From the sequence record NC_031120.1: a DNA stretch of 64,000 bases; one strand, given 5' to 3'. Positions 53,983-63,970 of the stretch are shown piece by piece. The stretch's first letter is position 1; every line of letters starts with the position of its first letter. Position numbers and translations under genes: made by a program. The notes below the pieces were generated by a model. That model saw only the letters and a program-made list of their open reading frames with translations. It searched no databases and was not told where the DNA came from.

Positions 53983-54546
53983 ATGTTGCAAGAAATTACC
54001 ACCCCGGATTTCAACCAGGCAGAACGCATGTTGAAAGCCTACATGGATACCCTCACGCAGAACCCGGTTCTGGTTCACGATGATGAGGTCATCCATGGTG
54101 TCCTGCCCGCGGTAGCTACGGTTTTACCCTACTTCCGACTGGCTGCGGCAGAGAGTGTGCAACAAGTATTATATGACGAATATCCGCAAATCGGTTTTAC
54201 GTTCAATACGTTCTATAACGAAACGGTCGCCTTCTTGCTGGAAGGCAAGCGTCGGACGACGACCGTAGGTACTTGGTCCGTGTTGATGACCTCGTACATG
54301 AACGACGTACGCGGTACCAAGTACGTACAAGAAACCGGTAGTATTGGTGCCCGCATGGTCTCCGCTGCCTTTGGTAAGGCTGGTACGGTACGTGAATTCG
54401 GCAAAGCGCTGCAATCGATGCAGGCCGACCAACGTCTATTATCATATGCAGACCACGAACTGCTGGCACGATGGATGACGCGTACTAACGGATTGTCCGA
54501 TATGATTACGTCGTTGGCAGTGTTCTTAAAAATCGCACGTCCCTAA
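53983..54546 (+). CDS. putative head protein
   Basis: 187 aa, AGGAG RBS. Confidence 0.65.
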   Translation: MLQEITTPDFNQAERMLKAYMDTLTQNPVLVHDDEVIHGVLPAVATVLPYFRLAAAESVQQVLYDEYPQIGFTFNTFYNETVAFLLEGKRRTTTVGTWSVLMTSYMNDVRGTKYVQETGSIGARMVSAAFGKAGTVREFGKALQSMQADQRLLSYADHELLARWMTRTNGLSDMITSLAVFLKIARP

Positions 54547-54603
54547 GGGGGCCCCTTTCTAGGGGCGTGTAATTCGGTTATAACCAAACAGGAAATAAGT
54601 AAC

Positions 54604-55878
54604 ATGGCAAATTTTGCACAACGTAAAGTGGCCCGTGAGTCCATCGAGGGTAGCAACCCTAACGACATCGACGGCCTGAGCAACGTAGAACCGGGTCACG
54701 AAAACCTGGATACCCAGCTGGCTGAGATGGTGTCTGAAGATGCGATGCTGGAACAGCTGGAAGGCGACGGCGAAACTCTGACCGCGGATATCGATCGTAC
54801 TGAAGCTGCTGTTGGCGCTGCTGATGAAGCAGAAGCGAACGGCGAAGAGCTGAGCGAAGAATCTATCGCCCACACCGAAGTTGCGCAGGAAAGCATCCGT
54901 CGCCGCTGGGGTCTGGACGTACCGAAGGTTGCTCGCGAATCCTTCCGTCGTGGCCGTGGCATGACCAAAGCTGCCGGTGAAGGCTGGAAAGACACCCTGA
55001 AAGGTCTCTGGGAGCGCTTCATCGAGCTGGTTAAGTCTGTGATCAACAAGATCAAAGACGTTAAGCTGAAATACATCAACGTCGGTAAATCTGCGCAGGC
55101 TCGTGCGAAGAAATACCAGGCCGCGATTCGTACTCTCGGCAAGAAAAACAAAGAAGAAATCGGCGGTGGCTGGATTTCTAAACTGTCTATCGAAGGCAAG
55201 TTCGATGTTGATCAGTCTGTTGCGCTGGCAAAAGACGTAACTGGCGGTAAAGCAAAAGCAGCTATCTCTGCAATGCAGCACCAGACCGGTAACGTTGTTG
55301 CTGTCGTGCAGAAAACTGCTGACGGCGAAACTGAAGCGTTCAGCTTCGGTGATGCGAAAGTCGAACTGTTCGGTACCGCAGCGTCTAAACTGCAAAACCT
55401 GCCAGAATTCGAAAACGGTGAAAGCCAGAAACTGATGGCGCTGCCAGGCAACGCATACATCCAGTCTGGTACCAAGTCTATTCACGGTACTACTTTCACT
55501 GCGATCGCGTTCATGTCTACCGGTGATGCCACCGAAGAGAAAGACATCGCAACTCCTGACAGCAGCAAACTGTCTAACGCCGCAGCTGCGCTGGACGTTA
55601 TCGGTAAAGGCTTCGAAAAAGTCCTGCTGGACTTCCGTGCCTATGACACTGAAGTTGCTAAGCTGGTTACTGCCGCAGAGAAAGCGAAAGCTGCTCTGGA
55701 TAAAGGCAACGAAAACGAAAACGCACGTAACGAACTGAGCGCTGCTCGTTCTGCCGCTGACCAGTCAGTGAAGAACTACCAGACTCTGCACCGTGGTGTG
55801 TCTTACGTAGCTAACACCGTGATCTCTGGCCTGAACGGCTACATCGGTGCTGGTATCGGCGCTTACGGTAAGAAGTAA
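54604..55878 (+). CDS. abundant processed head/ejection protein (SPN3US gp53 / phiKZ gp93 family)
   Basis: Acidic propeptide with ARES/AQES sites; W..L.E...ELVK..I helix; strong codon bias. Confidence 0.75.
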   Translation: MANFAQRKVARESIEGSNPNDIDGLSNVEPGHENLDTQLAEMVSEDAMLEQLEGDGETLTADIDRTEAAVGAADEAEANGEELSEESIAHTEVAQESIRRRWGLDVPKVARESFRRGRGMTKAAGEGWKDTLKGLWERFIELVKSVINKIKDVKLKYINVGKSAQARAKKYQAAIRTLGKKNKEEIGGGWISKLSIEGKFDVDQSVALAKDVTGGKAKAAISAMQHQTGNVVAVVQKTADGETEAFSFGDAKVELFGTAASKLQNLPEFENGESQKLMALPGNAYIQSGTKSIHGTTFTAIAFMSTGDATEEKDIATPDSSKLSNAAAALDVIGKGFEKVLLDFRAYDTEVAKLVTAAEKAKAALDKGNENENARNELSAARSAADQSVKNYQTLHRGVSYVANTVISGLNGYIGAGIGAYGKK

Positions 55879-55916
55879 TCGGTTGTCGCACTGACGCCCG
55901 ATACGTAATCATTTGA

Positions 55917-55940
55917 AGTGGGGCGACGATGCCCCACTTA
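55917..55940 (+). other. intergenic hairpin abutting the RBS of the second paralog
   Basis: AAGTGGGGC-GACGAT-GCCCCACTT directly before AGAGG. Confidence 0.55.
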
Positions 55941-55954
55941 GAGGAAGAGAACAA

Positions 55955-57250
55955 ATGGCAAATTTTGCACAACGTAAAGTCGCTCGCGAATCCATCGAAG
56001 GTACCGGTACTGTTGTTCCGGATGGCCTGGAGCTGCCAGCGGAATCCGTAGAAGGTATTCTGGCCGATCTGGCTCAGAACGAAAAAGAAATCGATCAGCA
56101 CGACGCTGAAGCCGATGTCCTGGCAGAAGATGCCACCGAAACCGAAGAGCAGTTCGATGCCGTTGGCGAAGCTGACGACGCTGCTGCTGATCCGTCTGAC
56201 GACAAGATGGAAGCCGAAGAAGACATGTCCGACGAAGCTGCTGAAGCGCTGGACGTGGCTCAGGAATCTATCCGTCGTCGTTGGGGCTTCGATCACCGCG
56301 CCAGCGTAGCTCGTGAAAGCTACGGTGCGCGTAACCGTCGCCAGGTTGCTCGTGAATCCCTGTGGGATGACATCAAAGCCTTCTTCCGTCGTATCTGGGA
56401 ATGGCTGAAAGAGCAGGGCCGTAAGGTGAAAGACCGTTGGCTGAAGTTCAGCAACCAGGGCAAGTCTATCCAGAACCGCTCTAAGAAGTATGCTGAAATC
56501 ATCCGTAACCTGGGCAAGATCAAATCTGGTAAAGATGAGATCAGCGGTGGCTTCATCAAGTCACTGACCGTCGGTGGTAAATTCATCGGTGATAACGTTA
56601 CTGAGCTGAAAGCTGCACTGGGCAAGTCTGACGACATGAACAAAGCGCAGGCCGACCTTCTGAGTGATCTGGTGACCTTCACCGACGTCATTGAGAAAGG
56701 CGTGACTGATGCGAAAGGTCACAGCGGTGCTGCGGCTGGTTCTGCTGCGTTCCATGAGCACAGCGCACTGGTTAAAGACATGAAGGCATTCGCTGGTTCA
56801 GAAGAACTTCTGGGCAACCAGATTGCGAAGATCGAAGTGTCTGGCGAAGGCGAAGAAGTGTCTGTTACCGCCACTGTGGTTGAAAGTGAACGCGATGTCC
56901 CTAGCGAAGTGAAAACTCCGTCTATCGGCACCCTGGGCACTGTGAACACCTTCTACGGCAACCTCGGTAAAGAAATCGAGAAGTTCGTACAGGCGTACCA
57001 CAAAAACAACCAGGCTCGTGAGAAGTACGAGAACGGTATCGAGAAGATCCTGAAACGTCTGGACAACCTGAAAGTGGATGACCTGGACGCAGACGTATCT
57101 AAACTGGTGCGTATCTCTCGTCGCTTCATCACCTCTTCTCAGTCTCTGCTGAGCACTGCTGAGCGTGTTGTAGGTACCATTGCGAAAAATGCCGTAGCTG
57201 GTATCAACAGCTACATCCAGGCAGGTATCGCTGCGTACGACAAGAAGTAA
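55955..57250 (+). CDS. paralogous processed head/ejection protein (SPN3US gp54-like)
   Basis: Same N-terminal 16 aa as the upstream paralog; four AxES sites; ends YIQAGIAAYDKK versus YIGAGIGAYGKK. Confidence 0.75.
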   Translation: MANFAQRKVARESIEGTGTVVPDGLELPAESVEGILADLAQNEKEIDQHDAEADVLAEDATETEEQFDAVGEADDAAADPSDDKMEAEEDMSDEAAEALDVAQESIRRRWGFDHRASVARESYGARNRRQVARESLWDDIKAFFRRIWEWLKEQGRKVKDRWLKFSNQGKSIQNRSKKYAEIIRNLGKIKSGKDEISGGFIKSLTVGGKFIGDNVTELKAALGKSDDMNKAQADLLSDLVTFTDVIEKGVTDAKGHSGAAAGSAAFHEHSALVKDMKAFAGSEELLGNQIAKIEVSGEGEEVSVTATVVESERDVPSEVKTPSIGTLGTVNTFYGNLGKEIEKFVQAYHKNNQAREKYENGIEKILKRLDNLKVDDLDADVSKLVRISRRFITSSQSLLSTAERVVGTIAKNAVAGINSYIQAGIAAYDKK

Positions 57251-57267
57251 TTCTTAGTCGTTGAATC

Positions 57268-57307
57268 ACCCACCCTTCGGGGTGGGTTTTTCTCTTTCTT
57301 TTTTTTT
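57268..57307 (+). terminator. intrinsic terminator
   Basis: ACCCACCC-TTCG-GGGTGGGT followed by long T runs. Confidence 0.88.
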
Positions 57308-57329
57308 GTTCGACTGAAAACAATCTCAG

Positions 57330-57348
57330 ATAGATATTACCTCAGTGA
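57330..57348 (+). promoter_or_regulatory. early-promoter-like motif
   Basis: ATAGATATTACCTCAGTGA, containing the TATTAC core recalled for phiKZ early promoters. Confidence 0.6.
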
Positions 57349-57412
57349 CTAGACGCTCTAGTTTTTTACATGAGCTGTTTACCTTATGAAACTACCCAGA
57401 AGGAGAATCATT

Positions 57413-57973
57413 ATGCGTTATTCTTTAGACGATTTAGCGTCTGTCGTTAGACAGACCATGCCTTTTCCTGCTTTTGACTTGACCTTTAAATCATCAGTCA
57501 ATCGCCATATCGTGCACACGATACCCGAACCGATTATGGTGGCCTTCGCCATCATCATTACCCACGCCTATCGTTCCTGTTCAGCCCATACGCTGACCTA
57601 CGGGCAGCACGAGTTCCATTGTCCGGCATTGGACTACGATGACTACCTGCGCCTGAAAGATGCCTGGCAGTGGTTATCGAAAGATGACTACACGCTGTTC
57701 AACAAAGTCCACAGTGCTGACTTTAGTAAGCAGGAGTATTTCTTCCGTGAGAAGAATGCCCGGGTCTCGGCAATGTTCAACGGCTGCGAAGTGTACATGG
57801 TCATCCCGACCTTGGCGGCGAGAGAAGTCCACGGTGCGGTACTGGTTCGCCAGACTCAGGTCTGTGATACGCTTCTGGACTTTCCCAGTCCCGTCAAGAT
57901 GCATTTACCTCACTCTGGTGCAGACATCGTCCTCAAAGCCCCAATGAGTTACATTACGCGGAAGGAAGCCTAA
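57413..57973 (+). CDS. hypothetical protein
   Basis: AAGGAG RBS gives ATG 57413. Confidence 0.7.
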   Translation: MRYSLDDLASVVRQTMPFPAFDLTFKSSVNRHIVHTIPEPIMVAFAIIITHAYRSCSAHTLTYGQHEFHCPALDYDDYLRLKDAWQWLSKDDYTLFNKVHSADFSKQEYFFREKNARVSAMFNGCEVYMVIPTLAAREVHGAVLVRQTQVCDTLLDFPSPVKMHLPHSGADIVLKAPMSYITRKEA

Positions 57974-57974
57974 G

Positions 57975-58325
57975 ATGGTAGATAAAAGCCTATACAACCT
58001 GAGCATGCCTGCCACGGATTCCGTGGTTATCATGAAGATGGGTGGGGAACGCTTAGAACTGGTGCAGGAAGATGTCAGCGGTCTACTGGAGTTCCTCAAC
58101 GACCGTAACCGCATTGGGGCCTACACCCTGCGTCTACGCACACCGTTCATCGGCAGTGGGGTATTCGCCGGGGTGAAGACCGAACACCTGGTGGTGGACG
58201 TGGAAGCGCGCTTTGTGACCATCACCCTGATTACCAGTAGCCTCCAGCAGCACACCTACGGACGTAAAGACCTGACGGCGTACTTGCGGGAATTGAACAA
58301 AATGATTCAGAAGGGAAAAGAATGA
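57975..58325 (+). CDS. hypothetical protein
   Basis: 116-aa coupled ORF. Confidence 0.7.
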   Translation: MVDKSLYNLSMPATDSVVIMKMGGERLELVQEDVSGLLEFLNDRNRIGAYTLRLRTPFIGSGVFAGVKTEHLVVDVEARFVTITLITSSLQQHTYGRKDLTAYLRELNKMIQKGKE

Positions 58326-58858
58326 AACTTTCGATTATTGCGGCCTGTGACCTCAACAACGCCATCGGTAAAGATAACACCTTACCCTGGCGGCTCCCGG
58401 CGGACTTAGCCAACTTCAAAGCGTTGACGACCGGGAAGATAGTTATCATGGGTCGCAAGACCTGGGATTCCCTCGGTCGTAAACCGTTACCTAACCGTAA
58501 GTGCATTGTTATCAGCAGCAATCCGCGTGATGTGCTTATTGCAGATATCCCGGATGACAACGGGGTGATAGCGGTACCGAGTCTTCACGAAGCGCGCAAG
58601 GCTGCTGAAGTCCTGATTGAAAATGGTGGTTATCCTCTCGAGGTGTTTGTGATTGGCGGCGGGCAGATTTACCACGCTTTCATGAGCATCGCCGATGCTA
58701 TTTATCTGTCGCGGGTTAATCTGAAAGTGGAAGGGGCCGATGCCTTCTTCCCGGAGATTGACCGTGATGTCTTCCGCCAGGACTTGTCCCTTCGTCACCT
58801 CCGTGACAACGAAAAGAACACCCACGATTGGTACTACCAAATCTGGAACCGTATTTAA
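58322..58858 (+). CDS. folA: dihydrofolate reductase
   Basis: IAA..N.AIG....LPW.LP.DL..FK..T, IMGRKTW.S, LPNR and VIGGGQIY motifs. Confidence 0.97.
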   Translation: MKLSIIAACDLNNAIGKDNTLPWRLPADLANFKALTTGKIVIMGRKTWDSLGRKPLPNRKCIVISSNPRDVLIADIPDDNGVIAVPSLHEARKAAEVLIENGGYPLEVFVIGGGQIYHAFMSIADAIYLSRVNLKVEGADAFFPEIDRDVFRQDLSLRHLRDNEKNTHDWYYQIWNRI

Positions 58859-58888
58859 GCGACCATCAACCCACTCAAGGAGTAACTT

Positions 58889-59179
58889 ATGCCAACTATG
58901 AATGTAATGACTGTCCGCGAATTCGAAGCCGCAGTAAAGAAACTCGAAGGCTTCACCCTTATCATTCGCCGTCCGGTCGGTAGCCTGCTTCCGGCGTACG
59001 AGAACGTGCGGTCGTACAAAGGCGGGGCTTACCCGTCTAACTTCATGCTGAACCGTTTGCAGCCGCTCGGACTGGCCGTCGGGGAAGTGGAAATCGTGGA
59101 CGGTAATGGCCGGGTCGTCGGTGACAACATGCTGCTGTCACAAATCCGCGATACCTACACCGAGCGTGACGCCGCGTAG
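58889..59179 (+). CDS. small hypothetical protein
   Basis: 96 aa, AAGGAG RBS. Confidence 0.75.
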   Translation: MPTMNVMTVREFEAAVKKLEGFTLIIRRPVGSLLPAYENVRSYKGGAYPSNFMLNRLQPLGLAVGEVEIVDGNGRVVGDNMLLSQIRDTYTERDAA

Positions 59180-59186
59180 TGGTGTG

Positions 59187-59220
59187 AAGAATAAGGGGCT
59201 TCGGTCCCTTATTTTTTTTT
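59187..59220 (+). terminator. intrinsic terminator
   Basis: AATAAGGGG-CTTCGG-TCCCTTATT followed by a T run. Confidence 0.8.
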
Positions 59221-59268
59221 GCGCTTACGTTTGCGACCAGTGATATGTACACAACGAGGGACAAGCCA

Positions 59269-60786
59269 ATGCAACAGTATTACGAAGTGCCATCATTGGA
59301 CTTGACCGTGCGTAAGTCGGTGATTGACGGGGTGGTGGAGCGCGTACTGATGGAATCCGGGATTGAGAAGCCGGACATCGTTTACGTGGACTCCTTCAAC
59401 ACTGCTCATCAGCCTGACTCCACCTTAGGGGAAGAAACCAACCCCGAGTACGCCGCCACTGAGCGTATTTACATCGAAGTGTCTGACGAACGTGATGAGA
59501 TGTCCCGTATTAACCGCAACGTCGGTATGGGCAACGAAATCCCGTTCTTTAAGAACGACATCGACCAGGTGAAAGCATGGGCAGTCCGCAGCAAATACAA
59601 AGCCACGGTGACCTTCCGTCGCAATGCAGAATCGCCTGACGAACTGCAACGCTGGATTAACCGTCTGAACAGTTTAATTGACATGGGGCGTTTTACCCTG
59701 GTCACCGAAGCAGAAGCCTATTACTACATCCCGAAAGGGGTGTTGCGTCTGCTGAACGAAACGTACAAAGCCTCTGAGGCCCGCGTACCGAAGTTCGAGA
59801 AGTTCGTCGATTACCTGAAAGCCTATTTCCATCCGTCGGTGTTCGTGGCTGGGAACGTGGCCGGAGGGCAAGCGACCATGGCGGTACGCTGGTCACCGGT
59901 GCGAATGGAAGTGGTGTATGACACCCAACTGCCCACCTGGGACAAGGAAGAGAACCACTACGAGTCAACCTTCACGGTGCAGTTCGATTACGAACGTCCG
60001 GAAGAGGTGGCCTGTGTCTATCCGTACATCATCAACCAGACGCCTCTGCCTGATGAGTACCAGCCGCAGATTGATCCGCCGTGGATGGAGAACGAGGAGC
60101 AGATTGAGCGCTCAGTACAGCAAAAGCAATTTGATGGCACCTGGTGGAGTAACGAAGCCACCCAGCTTATCATCCTGCCGTACCTGTTGTGCCCGAAGGA
60201 ACAGTTCCACCGGACCCACACGCCAATAGAACGTATCGCCCTGCCTATCTTTGGCACCGATGTGTGCTTCGGTGAAGAGAACATGTCGAATCCGGTCGTC
60301 TGCACCACCGACGATTTGCCGTATGTCTGGAACCCGGTGCTGCTGCCGTATATCGAACACTGTCGGGCGATTGACCCCACCGGGATGCGTGGGGTGTTCC
60401 GTATGGAGATGTTCGAGAACGGGGCACGCATTGAGCCGCAATACTACCACTGGGACGGGGAAGAGTTTTCCCTGAAACGGGAGATGGACGTCACCAAGAA
60501 CTATTTCCTGACCGAGCGCGTCATTTACGACTGGCGTGACATGGATATGTTCCCGCTGAGCCGTTATCCGAAAGCCGCTGAACTGTTGGTCAAATGGTTG
60601 TTCCCGAAATGGGACACCCCAGACTGGTGGTGGGAGCTGCCGGTATTGCCGCCGAGTGTGTGGGATGAAATTGAAAAGCAGACGGTGAAACCGGAGAAGG
60701 GCTTGTACCTGACCGTGTTCAACACGTCTATCATTGCAATACGAGGTGTGAGCGATGCTGCAAGCGAAGGGGAAGGGGGACACTAA
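59269..60786 (+). CDS. virion structural protein (neck/tail region)
   Basis: ~505 aa from ATG 59269 (GAGG RBS), TATG late core at 59244; role from recalled synteny. Confidence 0.6.
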   Translation: MQQYYEVPSLDLTVRKSVIDGVVERVLMESGIEKPDIVYVDSFNTAHQPDSTLGEETNPEYAATERIYIEVSDERDEMSRINRNVGMGNEIPFFKNDIDQVKAWAVRSKYKATVTFRRNAESPDELQRWINRLNSLIDMGRFTLVTEAEAYYYIPKGVLRLLNETYKASEARVPKFEKFVDYLKAYFHPSVFVAGNVAGGQATMAVRWSPVRMEVVYDTQLPTWDKEENHYESTFTVQFDYERPEEVACVYPYIINQTPLPDEYQPQIDPPWMENEEQIERSVQQKQFDGTWWSNEATQLIILPYLLCPKEQFHRTHTPIERIALPIFGTDVCFGEENMSNPVVCTTDDLPYVWNPVLLPYIEHCRAIDPTGMRGVFRMEMFENGARIEPQYYHWDGEEFSLKREMDVTKNYFLTERVIYDWRDMDMFPLSRYPKAAELLVKWLFPKWDTPDWWWELPVLPPSVWDEIEKQTVKPEKGLYLTVFNTSIIAIRGVSDAASEGEGGH

Positions 60787-62080
60787 GTTTGTCCCTGTGG
60801 AACCGGCGACGCCGGAACTGAATAAGCCCCAAGACGGGGTGAAAGAAAAAACCAACATTATCACCAGCCCGGAACGCACCACGGTCATTGACATGGAGCG
60901 CAACCCGAAGAACTACCTGCTGCCGGTAGTCGAAGGGTCATCCTGGCCGACGGAACGTTGGTATCGCTCGCTGAAAGGCAAGAACGACCCGAAGGTGCTG
61001 TTTGATCCGAAGGTGGACAACCCCAGCCAGCAGTTTGACTGCGTACGTAATCTCGAGCTGCGGGTAACCTCTGCCCTCGACCGTAGCCAGGACAGCACCA
61101 ACAAAACCTACAGCATGACGGGTGCCGCTACCGTGGTCAACTCGGTGCCGGTGAATGAGGGGGACTTCTTTACCGCCTCCATCGGTGACGGGCGCTTTGG
61201 GCTGTTCACCATCATCACCTCGAACCGGCCGTCGAACAACAAGGTCTCCACCTATACCGTGGAATACGGCATGTTGTACGAAGTGACCCCGTTCCATCGC
61301 GAGGTGCTTGACCGCTGTACGGTGCGCACGTACTACTACGTGAAAGAACGCGCCTATACCGGCGGTGACACGCTACTGACCGAGAAAGAGTACCGGGCGT
61401 ACCTGGAACTGGGTGAGCGCATTGAGAGCATTGAAGAGACGTATGTCAAGCGTTTCTACAATGGCGATGCCCAAACCCTGTTGTACCCCAACGACGCCTG
61501 GGGCTATGCCTACGACGTGTTCTTGGCACTGTTCGTGAAAGCCATTGGTCTGCGAGTGGTTGGGAAAGATATCCGCATCTATCCACACCAACGCACCAAC
61601 GTCAAGGATGTGGAAACCTTGTTCTCGCTGATTGTGAAACAAGACCCACTGTTCTTGGCCGATGCCAATCGCCCGAACAAACCGTTCCAGACCCGCTCGT
61701 TCCGTACCCTGCAAGTGGCTAACAGTGTGGGCTGGTCGAAGATCTTCGTCACCCGCTTCTTCCAGGCCGATATGCCACTGAACCAGCAGTTGGGGAACTG
61801 GGAGCCGTTCACCCCATTTGACCCGAAACTGGTGCCGCTGAATGGTGCAGACGTGCCGCTGTTCAATCCGCTGACGTACACGCCGTATATCCTCTCTGAG
61901 GAGTTCTACAACGGTTCGTTTACCTCGGTGATTGAATACGCCCTGCACCTGTACTTGAACAAGCAGCCGCTGGACAGTGCGATTGCAGCCCAGCTCGGGG
62001 TTGAGGTGCATAAGCTCCCACGGGACAGCCAGTTCTACTACGTGCCGTTGGTGTACGTGTTGCTCAAGTACGCGAGGTAA
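60755..62080 (+). CDS. virion structural protein (neck/tail region)
   Basis: 441 aa, GAGG RBS; role from recalled synteny. Confidence 0.6.
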   Translation: MLQAKGKGDTKFVPVEPATPELNKPQDGVKEKTNIITSPERTTVIDMERNPKNYLLPVVEGSSWPTERWYRSLKGKNDPKVLFDPKVDNPSQQFDCVRNLELRVTSALDRSQDSTNKTYSMTGAATVVNSVPVNEGDFFTASIGDGRFGLFTIITSNRPSNNKVSTYTVEYGMLYEVTPFHREVLDRCTVRTYYYVKERAYTGGDTLLTEKEYRAYLELGERIESIEETYVKRFYNGDAQTLLYPNDAWGYAYDVFLALFVKAIGLRVVGKDIRIYPHQRTNVKDVETLFSLIVKQDPLFLADANRPNKPFQTRSFRTLQVANSVGWSKIFVTRFFQADMPLNQQLGNWEPFTPFDPKLVPLNGADVPLFNPLTYTPYILSEEFYNGSFTSVIEYALHLYLNKQPLDSAIAAQLGVEVHKLPRDSQFYYVPLVYVLLKYAR

Positions 62081-62082
62081 TC

Positions 62083-62625
62083 ATGGCACAAAAACGCAGT
62101 GCAGCGTTCTACCTGTTCCATGCCTGGATTGGTTGGCGTATTCCTGAATACGCCACGCTGACCCGGTATGCTCTGGAAGAGCACGGTATCTTTATGCCTG
62201 AAAATAAAGATAAGGCCAAAGCCATTCTGCTGAACAAGAAATTCGTCATGTACCGCCCCGCGGAGATTGCCGAATACCTCGCCACCGGTGGGGCCCTTGA
62301 CATTAACGACCCGAACGACGCGATCCGTGTCTACGGGTGGATAATGGAGCATCTGGCCAACTGGCTACACCATCTGGAACAACCACAAATGTTCCTGCGC
62401 CACCCGCCGATGGATGGCCTGCGTAAGTTCAACAAGCTGGCGAACCAGTTGTTCCCGGTTGCACACCGCTACGGCTACTTCAAGCGTCCGGAAGACACCA
62501 TGTCCTCGGCCTTACAGTCGCTGTTCACGCCGAACGTACGCCGGGAAGCAACGCGCCACCGCTTTAACGACACTATCATGCGCCGCTTAGAGGTTGCCTA
62601 CCGTCGGCTGGGAGGGAAGAAATGA
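62083..62625 (+). CDS. conserved hypothetical protein
   Basis: 180 aa, GAGG RBS. Confidence 0.7.
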   Translation: MAQKRSAAFYLFHAWIGWRIPEYATLTRYALEEHGIFMPENKDKAKAILLNKKFVMYRPAEIAEYLATGGALDINDPNDAIRVYGWIMEHLANWLHHLEQPQMFLRHPPMDGLRKFNKLANQLFPVAHRYGYFKRPEDTMSSALQSLFTPNVRREATRHRFNDTIMRRLEVAYRRLGGKK

Positions 62626-63929
62626 TTCCGCGTTTTCAGAAAATCGTTAACGCCCATATCGCCCAAGCGACGGGGATGCCTGCCATCAATTACGATGCCA
62701 TCATCACCGTGAAGGGAAAACCGCTGACCGTCATCAAAGTGCATTCAGTGATTAACAGCGGGAATTTCCTCAATGACATGACCGGGTTGATTCACATGAC
62801 CGTGGTCTTGCCATTGACCCAGCAGCGTATTGCGACCTCGCGGGCAGATGGGGATTTGCGGGTACAACTGATTGTGCGTACTGCCAACAACAAGCTGGTC
62901 GGTATCTTCCCATATCGCGGAATTGCTATCAGTAACCGCGAACAGGACATGGAAGCCCCTACGGCCTTCATGGGGGAGTCGGGGGATAAAGCCATTGCGA
63001 TGGTGACGTTTGAACTGATGGATGAAACCATGTGGTTCATGCGCACGGCCAACGTACGGGTGAACTACCACGACACCGATGCCTTAACCGTGGCCCGCAC
63101 CATCCTCGCCCAGACCTTCCCACAGGCAGGCGGGGACAGTGGGGAAGTGTTGTCGTTGCAGTACGAGCAAGAAGAGCAGCAGCTCTACCGGGATATCGTG
63201 TTGCCGGACTCCACCACCTTCCTCGGGGTGTTTGATAAGCTCCAGGAAGACTTTGGCATCTACAGCAAAGGGTTGGGGGTCTATCAGCATCTACGCCGCT
63301 GGTATCTGTTCCAGCTGTACGACTCGGAGAAGTTCAACACCGCGAAAGACAAGCTGGTTATCATGAACCTGCCGCGCGAGATGTCGGCCCACATCGACAA
63401 GACCATCCACATCACTCCCGGGGTCACGTATTTGATTACCGGCGGGGACAGCCGTACGCTGACCACTCGTGATGAAGATGCACTCAACGTCGGGACGGGG
63501 TATCGGGTAGGGTCGATTCGTGCCCTCGACGGACGTGCCACTTCATTTACCCCGGGTGGGGTCAGTATGACGACGGCAGACAAGTTTGTCTCGCAGGCCA
63601 ATCCTGTTGACTATGCCGGTAAAGTGGTGAATGCCCCCGTGGCGAAAAACCATTTCACCGACAACGACAAACCGATGCGCGCGAAGCTCGCCAAAACCGC
63701 AGGCACCATCACCAAAGTCACCTGGAACTATTCGGTGCATGGTCTGGTGAAACCGGGGATGGCCGTCAAGTTCATGTACGCCAATGAATTTGGCATGTAC
63801 GCCCGTTACGGTACCGTGCTGGGTGAAGTCTACCAGGCCGGTCTTGATGGCGGCAGTATTGCTACCGCGCGCTATAACACCACGACCGAGTTAACGCTCT
63901 GGTTGTCGGAACAAAAAATAACAGCATAG
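62622..63929 (+). CDS. virion tail/baseplate hub-like protein (phiKZ gp101-like)
   Basis: 435 aa; LQ..FGIYSKGLG.Y segment; ATGA coupling. Confidence 0.55.
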   Translation: MIPRFQKIVNAHIAQATGMPAINYDAIITVKGKPLTVIKVHSVINSGNFLNDMTGLIHMTVVLPLTQQRIATSRADGDLRVQLIVRTANNKLVGIFPYRGIAISNREQDMEAPTAFMGESGDKAIAMVTFELMDETMWFMRTANVRVNYHDTDALTVARTILAQTFPQAGGDSGEVLSLQYEQEEQQLYRDIVLPDSTTFLGVFDKLQEDFGIYSKGLGVYQHLRRWYLFQLYDSEKFNTAKDKLVIMNLPREMSAHIDKTIHITPGVTYLITGGDSRTLTTRDEDALNVGTGYRVGSIRALDGRATSFTPGGVSMTTADKFVSQANPVDYAGKVVNAPVAKNHFTDNDKPMRAKLAKTAGTITKVTWNYSVHGLVKPGMAVKFMYANEFGMYARYGTVLGEVYQAGLDGGSIATARYNTTTELTLWLSEQKITA

Positions 63930-63970
63930 GCATTCCCTATGTCGAAGAAACCATAAGGACACGTTAAGTA

